A stretch of 63,153 nucleotides of DNA, counting the filler, from Deltaproteobacteria bacterium (GTDB lineage Bacteria > JAEEML01), in NCBI GenBank assembly GCA_016283195.1. It is 3 parts of 3 records of this genome, joined end to end, with 100 filler letters (N's around TTAATTAATTAA, not from the genome) between each part and the next. Parts side by side here need not be neighbours in the genome. Positions count along the whole stretch, not along the records: positions 1 to 31,650 come from JAEEML010000050.1; 2 more parts are not named here. One strand, written 5' to 3'. The notes under the pieces were generated by a model. That model did not search any database. It worked only from the letters and a program-made list of their open reading frames with translations, and was not told the DNA's origin. Made by a program: the position numbers and the translations under genes. Shown one piece after another: positions 20,054 through 28,499 of this stretch (positions are counted from its first letter, which is position 1; each line of letters opens with the position of its first letter).

Positions 20054-21745
20054 TCATAGCCCATGAGAGAAATTTTGGGCAATGGGGTAGCGGCGCCCGG
20101 CTCCGAAGGAGAGCCCGGAAACCTTTAATATTGGAGCAGCCTGAGCCCGTTTGTATTCGTTGCGCTTTATAAGCCCTAAAACCTTTTGCACCGTTTCCGG
20201 CGGATAATCATTAAAAAGGTTATCAATATGCTCATTGCCTTCCAGATAACGGCGCAAAATGGCATCTAAAAGGGCGTATGGCGGGAGCGAATCTTCATCT
20301 TTTTGGCCAGGGGCCAGTTCGGCCGAGGGAGCTTTGGTTAGGGTGGAGGCGGGAATAAGCTCGCGCCCGGCCTCTTTATTTAAAAAGGCGGCTACTTTAT
20401 AGACATCGGTTTTAAAGAGATCGCCGATTACCGCCAGGCCGCCGCACATATCGCCATAGAGAGTGGCATAGCCCACGGCAATTTCGCTCTTGTTGCCGGT
20501 GGTTAAAAGCAAGTGGCCGTTTTTATTGGAATAAGCCATGAGTAAAGTGCCGCGAATGCGGGCCTGTAAATTTTCCTGAGTTACCCCCCAGGGCGTTGGG
20601 CCAAAGATGGGCGTAAGGCTACTTAAAGCGGCGGCAAAAATGGGCTCGATGGGGATAGTGTCAATGGTAATGCCCAGATTTTCGGCCAATTTATAAGCAT
20701 CGCCGGCCGAATCATCGGGCGAGTAGCGCGATGGCATGGTAATGCCGTGTACCCGTTCGGTGCCGAGAGCACGCACGGCGAGTGTTGCTACCAGGGCCGA
20801 ATCAATGCCGCCGGAAAGGCCGATGAGCACATTTTTAAAGTGGCATTTTTTAACATAATCGCTAATACCCAAAGAGAGGGCATCGGCTACTTCTTTTTCC
20901 CACTCCGGGCCTCTTGGCAAAATGGCGGCATCCGGTCTATGGCGCTCTAATGTCAGCTCATGGTTAATATGAGCGCTATTTTGGGGAATATCCAGTTCAC
21001 CGATGATTAAATCTTCTTTAAATCCGGCACCTTTGGCGATTATATCACCGCTGCTGTTTATATACATGGAATGGCCGTCAAAGATGAGGCCGTCCTGGCC
21101 GCCTATTTGGTTGACATAGACGACAGGGAGCTGCCATTTAGCAGCTTCTTTGGCAAAAAGTTCCTCTCTAAAGGCCACTTTGCCGAGGTAATAGGGGCTG
21201 GCAGCAATATTTATTAAAAGAGTGGCACCTTGCTTTACCAGCGGGGGAATAGGATCGTAATCATAGCGCGGCAGGCGCCAAAAGTCGCGATCGTTCCAAA
21301 AATCTTCGCAAATAGTGAGGCCTACTTTGTGGCCGGCCAGGGTGACAACGGTCGAAGGCTCTCCAGGGGCAAAATAGCGCCTTTCGTCAAAGACATCATT
21401 ATTAGGCAAAAGCTGTTTGGCCACTTCGGCGCTGATTTGGCCATTTTGGATAACTATGGCGCAGTTATAAGCCAAAAGGCTCTCCGGGTGGCGGCGCACG
21501 GTGCCTAAAATAAGCGGCACGGAGCCGATTTGCGCAGTTAAATCGTTTAAAGCCGCATCAAGGTCGCTCAAAAAAGCCGGCTGAAAAAGCAAATCTTTTG
21601 GTGGATAGCCCAAAAGTGCCAGTTCCGGAGTGATAACCAGCTCGGCACCGGCCGCCACCGCCTCTTGGTAACCAGCTAAAATTTTAGCTTTATTATAGGC
21701 AAAATCGCCAATGATGTAATTTTGTTGTAAAGCGGCAATACGCAT
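20054..21745 (-). CDS. nadE: Glutamine-dependent NAD+ synthetase
   Basis: Nitrilase domain (TPEL..GYPP, KQLLPN, ICEDFW) plus GLSGGIDS, ENLQARIRG, TGNKSE, PSAEL. Confidence 0.96.
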   Translation of the reverse strand: MRIAALQQNYIIGDFAYNKAKILAGYQEAVAAGAELVITPELALLGYPPKDLLFQPAFLSDLDAALNDLTAQIGSVPLILGTVRRHPESLLAYNCAIVIQNGQISAEVAKQLLPNNDVFDERRYFAPGEPSTVVTLAGHKVGLTICEDFWNDRDFWRLPRYDYDPIPPLVKQGATLLINIAASPYYLGKVAFREELFAKEAAKWQLPVVYVNQIGGQDGLIFDGHSMYINSSGDIIAKGAGFKEDLIIGELDIPQNSAHINHELTLERHRPDAAILPRGPEWEKEVADALSLGISDYVKKCHFKNVLIGLSGGIDSALVATLAVRALGTERVHGITMPSRYSPDDSAGDAYKLAENLGITIDTIPIEPIFAAALSSLTPIFGPTPWGVTQENLQARIRGTLLMAYSNKNGHLLLTTGNKSEIAVGYATLYGDMCGGLAVIGDLFKTDVYKVAAFLNKEAGRELIPASTLTKAPSAELAPGQKDEDSLPPYALLDAILRRYLEGNEHIDNLFNDYPPETVQKVLGLIKRNEYKRAQAAPILKVSGLSFGAGRRYPIAQNFSHGL

Positions 21746-21806
21746 AAAATTACCTCCGCACCGCGCCATAATATAATAGTGGCGCATAAAGGCAAAATTA
21801 TAGTTA

Positions 21807-24392
21807 CTAAGTGGTTTTTGGCGCCTGCTTAGCCTTTAGTGCCCAGAAGACCAGGCAAATGATAGCCAAAAGCAGAGTGAGCAACGAGACGATGAGGCCG
21901 ATGGTCAAACTAGCCGGCCAAAAGTTGAAAACTATTTGGTGACTGCCGGCCGGTACCAAAACAGCGCGGTGCAAGCCGCCGTTAATACTCAGTAAATCAG
22001 CTTTTTGGCCATTAACGGCCACCTGCCAGCCGGGGAAGGGCGAATCGCTCATTATTATAAGCCCGCTACTTTTTAAGTTGGCAGTGAGCACGGCGCGGTT
22101 GGGGGTTAGAGAGGTAATTTTTACCTCTTCGGCAGAATCGGGCTCGGCATTTGATAACTCATTTAAATCAAAAGAGAATTTTTGGCTGTCTTCCGGCGTT
22201 AGGTAAACTTTTTCCGGCGTTATGCGCTCCTTTACCAGGCGGCTGTAGAGGTCTTCGGCACTTGCTACTTTTTCCACCTTATGGCTGATATAGGCGCGCG
22301 GCAGGACATCGGGATTATGATAGACATAATAGCCATCAACTTTTTCTTTTAGGGTAAAATAGCGGCTGAAAAGCTGGCTTTGCCGCGCCGAATAGCGATT
22401 TATCGGTACATCGCTAAGCAGCCAGGCCACGCTTTGATTTTGCCAAAACGGCCCATAATTAAAGAGGGTCATGAGCATGAGCTGGCGATTTTTGTCATAG
22501 CCCATGGCCATGTTGGCCATTGTGTTGTAATCGGCTTCGATTAAAGTATCGTAACCGCCGTCGTGGGCAATGCCGTGAGCGGCGCCGTTATTTACCGCTT
22601 TTAAGCCGGGGCTCGTCATAATGCGGGCCTGATTTTTGTTATTAGCATTAAGGTAATTTACCAATTTGTCGCTAAAGCCAAAAGCTTTTTCAGGCTGGGT
22701 AGTTAATTTAGGCTGGGCATAAATAGCTAAATCTATTCCGCTGAGCAAAAGTAATAATATGGCTAAAATATAACGATATTTGGGCAAATAAAGGCCGGCG
22801 ATGAGGGCGGCCGCCGCGCCCAAAATAAAAATGAAAGAGATAAAAAGCTGGCCGCTCATAAAAGATATGATGGCTTCTGGTATATTGGCTCCGTTAAAGC
22901 GGCCCAAGCTGCGCGGCGAAACAAAAAGGCGCACAAAATTTTCTCCGGTCGGCGCAGATTTATTGGCCAGAAGAAAAAGAATAAAGCCCAAAAATAAAAG
23001 AATTACTGTGCCCAAAGTGATAAAAAGCGGCTTTTTGTTTTTGGCGAATAATTTGGCTTTTATAAAATAATTAAGGGTGATGGCCGCCACCCAGGCGCCG
23101 CAAAAGGCGGTGAGCATCACAAAGCGCGAAGGAGCTCTAAAGCGGCCAATCATGGGATCTATGGCAAAATAAATTTTAAAAAACGGGGTGCCGCTGCCCA
23201 TAGCCAAAAGGGTGGTAAAAATAATAGCTATAATGAGCGGCAGATGATAGCGCCAGGGTAAAATAGCTATAGCTACAATTAAGAGGAGCAGGGCGATGAT
23301 ACCGAAATAGCCCTGGCCCTCCCAAGCCGACCAACCGGCAAAGAAAGGCAGATTGGCAGTGCCGCCGAAGATGTCCGGAGCCAAATAGGTGAGCCAGTTG
23401 AGTTTGGGTGTGCCAAAACTGGTGGCAAAAGCCAAATCTTTAACTACCGAGCGGTTGGCAAGCGCTGAGGCTTCGCTCATGGGAAGAAGCTGAAAGAGGG
23501 CCACGCCGCCGCTTAAAAGGCCGATAATCACCAGGCGCTCCAGAGCATAAAGAGCCTCAAAAAGGCGGGTTTTCCCAGGAACTGCCGGAGCTAAAAGGGG
23601 CAGGGCGGCTGCATCTTCCTGGGGGCTTTCCCGTATTTCCGGCGCACTTGTTAGCTGGCCTTTGATAGATAACTGGCTGATAGCGATATTGCTGCCCAGG
23701 AGAGTGCGCAGCATAGCCAAAGTGCCCATCAAAAGGATAATCATATAAATAATTTGGTAATGGCCGGTAAAGAGAGTGAGAGCCATAATAAGGCCGGCAA
23801 GAATTGTCCAAAAGAGGTGTTTTTCGCGCAGAGAAAGCTCAAAAAAATACATCATTACCGGGAGATACGCGGCAGAAATGATTATATCGATATGGCCGGC
23901 GTAAAGGTGCGAAAAGGCAAAGCCGCTAAGAGCATAAGAAATACCGCCCAAAAAGGCTGGCACAGTTTTTATTTTAAAGAGACGCAAAAAGAGCACAGTA
24001 AAGGTAAGAGCAATAGTTAAATGGAGCCAAACAGTCAGCTTTATTTCGAGGCCGGTGGAAAAGATTAGCCCCAAAATGGTGAAGGGGTAGTGGAGCGGAT
24101 GTACGCCTGTTTGAAAGGGCACGCCGCTAAAAATATAAGGATTCCAAAGTGGCCAAATGCCTTCTCTAAGCCAGCTGAAGGCAAAATCGCGATGGGGAAA
24201 CTGGTAAGTGTGAATATCGGTGCCGCTGCCCCAGAGGAGCTCGCCAGTGGTGAGGAGCGCGCCGATAAAAAGTGCGCTAATGCCGAGAGATATAAAGAAA
24301 ATCTGCCAGGCGGTGAGTTCGCGTGCTTTTTTAGGTGTGGCCTCACTTGGCGCTAGCGGCGGCGGGGTAAATTTACGGTTTCTTTTAGCCAT
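21807..24392 (-). CDS. YfhO-family polytopic membrane protein (GT-C-like)
   Basis: PLWNPYIFSGVPF, many TM helices, C-terminal PGWQVAVNG...HRAVLVPAGSHQIVF. Confidence 0.85.
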   Translation of the reverse strand: MAKRNRKFTPPPLAPSEATPKKARELTAWQIFFISLGISALFIGALLTTGELLWGSGTDIHTYQFPHRDFAFSWLREGIWPLWNPYIFSGVPFQTGVHPLHYPFTILGLIFSTGLEIKLTVWLHLTIALTFTVLFLRLFKIKTVPAFLGGISYALSGFAFSHLYAGHIDIIISAAYLPVMMYFFELSLREKHLFWTILAGLIMALTLFTGHYQIIYMIILLMGTLAMLRTLLGSNIAISQLSIKGQLTSAPEIRESPQEDAAALPLLAPAVPGKTRLFEALYALERLVIIGLLSGGVALFQLLPMSEASALANRSVVKDLAFATSFGTPKLNWLTYLAPDIFGGTANLPFFAGWSAWEGQGYFGIIALLLLIVAIAILPWRYHLPLIIAIIFTTLLAMGSGTPFFKIYFAIDPMIGRFRAPSRFVMLTAFCGAWVAAITLNYFIKAKLFAKNKKPLFITLGTVILLFLGFILFLLANKSAPTGENFVRLFVSPRSLGRFNGANIPEAIISFMSGQLFISFIFILGAAAALIAGLYLPKYRYILAILLLLLSGIDLAIYAQPKLTTQPEKAFGFSDKLVNYLNANNKNQARIMTSPGLKAVNNGAAHGIAHDGGYDTLIEADYNTMANMAMGYDKNRQLMLMTLFNYGPFWQNQSVAWLLSDVPINRYSARQSQLFSRYFTLKEKVDGYYVYHNPDVLPRAYISHKVEKVASAEDLYSRLVKERITPEKVYLTPEDSQKFSFDLNELSNAEPDSAEEVKITSLTPNRAVLTANLKSSGLIIMSDSPFPGWQVAVNGQKADLLSINGGLHRAVLVPAGSHQIVFNFWPASLTIGLIVSLLTLLLAIICLVFWALKAKQAPKTT

Positions 24393-24509
24393 AGAAAAAA
24401 TCCTTAAAAAAATAGCGGCCTATGTCTTGGCCGGGAACCCATTACTAGCGCAAAATGAGTTTCTCTGCTCCCTTTTTTTTGAAAAAATGAAGATGCTAAA
24501 TTTGGCCCT

Positions 24510-24684
24510 AAAGTGGCAGGGTGTATTTGATATGGGCAGATTGATTGAATCAGTGGCATAGTGGGCAGCTGGCACGGCCGCCAGCGGGGCTCAGCAGCTA
24601 AATGAATTCTTGACTAGCGTCCCGATAATTTGTTAGAAGCCTCTCATTACTTAAACCAAAAGCCATTTTTAGGCCGGAGGCACT
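24510..24684 (+). repeat. Conserved rpn upstream region (homologous to about 59738-59906)
   Basis: Near-identical blocks e.g. GGCATAGTGGGCAGCTG, TTCTTGACTA, TAGAAGCCTC, CATTACTTAAACCAA before both rpn genes. Confidence 0.85.
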
Positions 24685-25548
24685 ATGACATTACCCGAAC
24701 GAAAATATCGCGATCGTCTTTTCACCTTTATCTTCGGTTCTCCGGAGAACAAAGCCTGGACGCTATCACTCTTTAATGCCGTAAACGGCTCAAATTATAC
24801 TGACCCAAACGACATCGAGATAAACACCATCAAAGAAGTGCTTTATCTAACTATGCATAATGATGTATCTTTTCTTATCGATGGCCAAATGAATCTTTAC
24901 GAGCAGCAGTCGAGTTATAACCCCAATATGCCGCTCAGACTTTTGCAATATAGCGCTACTTTGTTTGAGCAATATCTGCAAAGCCATAAGCTAACCAGGT
25001 ATAGTTCCAAGCTTTTAAAACTGCCCACACCCAAGCTGGTGGTCTTTTACAATGGCCGCAAAGAGGTGGAAGATGAGCGCATATTGCGTCTTTCCGATAG
25101 TTTTTCCCAAAGCGGTGATATTGAGGTAACCGTGCGTATGCTCAATATCAATTATGGTCGTAACAGTGATCTTCTTGCTGCTTGCGGGCCACTCATGGAA
25201 TATTCGTGGATTATTCATCGCATTATGAGTTATAATAAAGGGAATTTGGCGGAGGCAATAACCGGTGCCATTAACGATATGCCAGGAGAATTTGCCTTAA
25301 AGCCATTTCTCACCGCTCATAAAAGCGAGGTGCTCGATATGCTACTCACGGAATATAACGAAAGCGAAGAACGCGAGCTCTTCCGCCAGGAGGTCTTGGA
25401 AGAAGGTAGGGAAGAAGGCAGGGCAGAAGGTAAGGCTGAGGGCAAGCGGGAGGCTGCCAGAAAAATGCTGGATTTTAATATGGATATCGCCACTATATCC
25501 GCTGTGACTGGTCTTTCTTCAGGCGATATAGCCGCACTTAAGTGCTAA
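24685..25548 (+). CDS. Rpn-family PD-(D/E)XK nuclease / putative transposase, copy 1
   Basis: YRDRLF, NDVSF, LYEQQSSYNPNMPLR, C-terminal EGR/EGK repeats and TGLS motif. Confidence 0.85.
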   Translation: MTLPERKYRDRLFTFIFGSPENKAWTLSLFNAVNGSNYTDPNDIEINTIKEVLYLTMHNDVSFLIDGQMNLYEQQSSYNPNMPLRLLQYSATLFEQYLQSHKLTRYSSKLLKLPTPKLVVFYNGRKEVEDERILRLSDSFSQSGDIEVTVRMLNINYGRNSDLLAACGPLMEYSWIIHRIMSYNKGNLAEAITGAINDMPGEFALKPFLTAHKSEVLDMLLTEYNESEERELFRQEVLEEGREEGRAEGKAEGKREAARKMLDFNMDIATISAVTGLSSGDIAALKC

Positions 25549-25582
25549 TATCCCTACTAGCAGACCACATCTCCGTATGCTG

Positions 25583-25710
25583 GCCCTCACCCAGACAAGT
25601 ATTGGATTTTATTGATATCTCGCCCTCTCCATTTTTACAAATGGCGAGGGCATCCGGCAAGTGGCGATGTGTGTGATGTGGGTAGATTGAGTGAAGCAGC
25701 GGCCTGATAG
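25583..25710. repeat. REP-like element (CCCTCACCC ... CCCTCTCC hairpin ... TTGAGTGAAG)
   Basis: Hairpin CCCTCTCCATTTTTACAAATGGCGAGGG at 25623-25650; related copies near 25963, 59640, 59700, 60808-60870, 60977, 62138. Confidence 0.7.
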
Positions 25711-26555
25711 GGCGGGGAAGGGGTGTTGGCTTTGCTGCTTGGCGGCTGTACCTCTAGGCTATATAGTTCAAATTTCGATTCTGACTTTCCTGTTGGGAAG
25801 AAAACCGCCGCTCACGGCTTTGCCTGCCACTCTTGTTTTTCCTCCCAGGCACCCACTTTTCCTCCGGCTCCAACTTAAGGGAATGCGTTCCCTTAAGAAT
25901 CCTCGCAAGGGGCACGTTTTTTAAGTACTGGGTAAAATTTCTGTTTGCCGTTAAGCGGAGCTCCTCCCTATTTGCAAAAATGGAGAGGCAGCGAGCGGAA
26001 AAAATTAGCTCTAATTTGCGGGGTGAGGGCGCCGCAGGCTGAGAGTAGCGTCCGTTTCTTATGATTCTTTTTCTTGATTTTTTTCTGTTTTTTCTTTTTG
26101 GGGAAAACCTCCGCTACTTTCGTTTGCTCAGGTTTTCCCCAACCCCCTTTCCGCCGCACGACAAGGGGAACACCCCTTGACCCCGGGCATTCAACAAAAA
26201 TGGCTTTATTTATGCTATGTTACAAAATCATTCACTTCTGGTGAGCCTTAAAAGCCAGAGGCCCTACTTTAGATCGGATCTGAGTGGCCTGCCTCTGGCT
26301 TAGCCGGGGCTGCGCCCCGGCAGGGTTCGGTGGTCACTTGTAAAAGCCTATAAATTCTTAGGTCGTGGCGAAAGATTTTCGCCCATCCTGTATGTGTTGC
26401 ATGGTATTTGCGACATGGCAGAAGTCTTTTTCAGAAAATCCCTGGTAAGAAGAACGTAATTCTGGTAAGGCGTTAGCAGAGTTATGTTACTGCTGTGGTA
26501 TTGAAAGAGTTCCTGTTAAATTCTACAAACCACAAAGTAGAGATGGAAGAAGCAC

Positions 26556-27365
26556 ATGAATGATAATTTTGCCATCCAGCTTTTTCAAGGCCAGAAGGTA
26601 CGCATTATTTGGAGTGAAGAAGAGGAAAAATACTATTTTTCGGTTGTGGATATAGTGCAGATACTAACCGATAGTGTTGATGGTCGCAAATATTGGAACA
26701 AACTAAAACAGCGCCTTTTAGAAGAAGGGAATGAAACGGTGACAAATTGTCACCAGTTGAAACTTCCGGCTACCGATGGCAAACGGCGCATGACTGATGT
26801 AGCTGATTTAGAACAGCTTTTTAGGCTTATTCAGTCTATACCTTCCAAGAAAGCCGAGCCGGTAAAGCAATGGTTAGCCGAACTGGGAGCGAAGCGCATT
26901 GATCAAATAATTGACCCAGAACTCACCTTTCAAATGGCAGTGGAAGATTATCGCCGTCAGGGCTATTCCGACAAATGGATAAATGAGCGCATGCGCTCTA
27001 TTGAAATGCGCAAAGAGCTTACCGATGAGTGGCAGCGCTCCGGTATTAAAGAACATAAGGATTTTGCCATTCTCACCAATGTTCTCACCAAAGCCTGGAG
27101 CGGAATGACTACCGGTGAATATAAACGGCATAAAGGTCTCACCAAGGAAAATCTGCGCGATAATATGACCAACATTGAGCTGGCCTTGAACACTCTGGCC
27201 GAGGTGGCTACAACAGAGCTTTCCCGCCAGCGGAATCCGCAAGGCATGATGGAAAGCCAGAAAACCGTGCAGGCCGGTGGGCGAATAGCCAAAAATGCGC
27301 GCACCGATTTGGAAGAGCAGCGGGGCATAGCGTTATATCTAAAAAACGCGCGGCTGATTATATGA
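26556..27365 (+). CDS. BRO-N family DNA-binding (antirepressor-like) protein
   Basis: KVRIIW..EEKYYFSVVDIV, CHQLKL.A.DGKRR.TD, RLIQSIPSKKAEP. Confidence 0.88.
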   Translation: MNDNFAIQLFQGQKVRIIWSEEEEKYYFSVVDIVQILTDSVDGRKYWNKLKQRLLEEGNETVTNCHQLKLPATDGKRRMTDVADLEQLFRLIQSIPSKKAEPVKQWLAELGAKRIDQIIDPELTFQMAVEDYRRQGYSDKWINERMRSIEMRKELTDEWQRSGIKEHKDFAILTNVLTKAWSGMTTGEYKRHKGLTKENLRDNMTNIELALNTLAEVATTELSRQRNPQGMMESQKTVQAGGRIAKNARTDLEEQRGIALYLKNARLII

Positions 27366-27905
27366 ATTCGTTGGAACAGAATGAGGCCAAAGAGCTGCAA
27401 AGTGGGGAGCGGGAAGATTAGAAATTGAAATATTATAAGGCGCTTTAAATAATGGACTCGCTAAAAATGTGGGGGTTAAATTTGACCTTTTCAAAAAAGA
27501 GAGCCAAGCGAGAAAACTCGACGCACCGCATAAAGGCAGCACTCTTGACCCTTTCTTATTAGACTACAAGGGTAACATATAAAAGTTAAGCGAAGAATAG
27601 ATGTGTGTGAGTAGCAGTTTAAGGTGAACATGTTAGTGTGGCCGCCGCAGGTAGCAGAGGGAGGGCGCGCTTCAATAATTTCCGCTACTTGTGAATGCGG
27701 TACAGGTTAATGGTTAATGTCCAGTTTTGTGCTGCTTAGTTGCTCTCAAACTCGGTTGGATCTAAGTATTGTGTTTAATATTTCACCCAATTAATTCACT
27801 AAAGCTTGTGCCAGAAACAGTTTGTTTTAAAAAATACTGTGATTTGCTTGGCATTCGAAGTACAATATAGTTATGTGTTGGTTTCCAATTTAAAGGAGTT
27901 CTTGA

Positions 27906-28475
27906 ATGTCACAAACTTCAGATATTAATGAACAAATAGCAAAAGATTTTCTAGTCGATAGTAAAGATTTTTTAACACGATACCACATTTTGAAAGACTA
28001 CTCAATTCCTAGGCATTATGGTTTACAAAGTAAATTATTAGTCGATTTGTTATTTTCAGCTGAGTGTAGCATAAAGGCATTACTATTTTTAATTCTGCCA
28101 GAAGATGTAAACTGTATTTATAAAAAGATTTGTACTCATAATCTGCAAAAGCTATTAAAAACCCTGCCTGATTCGGAAAAATTAGAATGTGAAAAATTTC
28201 TTGACCAAGACTTTGTTTCATTTTCGATCGAGAATCGCTATTTGGTTGAAGTGCACAAAACTTTTCGTTCTAACGGCTGGTTTGATAAAAAAGAATATAC
28301 CATCGATAGTCCAGTTTGGTTTGATATGGTTTCGAGCAAATTAGGAGAATTACAGAATTATGTATGGTCGAAGGTAAAAGTACCTATCGAAGATTGTTTG
28401 TTCGGTGAAATTGATGTTGATAAAGTGGTAAGAGAACACGAAATTAGAATGAGTTTATCTAAAGGTAAAAAATAG
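27906..28475 (+). CDS. AT-rich hypothetical protein, HEPN-like
   Basis: AAGGAG RBS; ECSIKALL...THNLQKLL...ENRY resembles the HEPN E..LKA.L...THDL..L...RY pattern. Confidence 0.55.
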   Translation: MSQTSDINEQIAKDFLVDSKDFLTRYHILKDYSIPRHYGLQSKLLVDLLFSAECSIKALLFLILPEDVNCIYKKICTHNLQKLLKTLPDSEKLECEKFLDQDFVSFSIENRYLVEVHKTFRSNGWFDKKEYTIDSPVWFDMVSSKLGELQNYVWSKVKVPIEDCLFGEIDVDKVVREHEIRMSLSKGKK

Positions 28476-28499
28476 CGCCAAGAAGACAAAGCAACTAAC

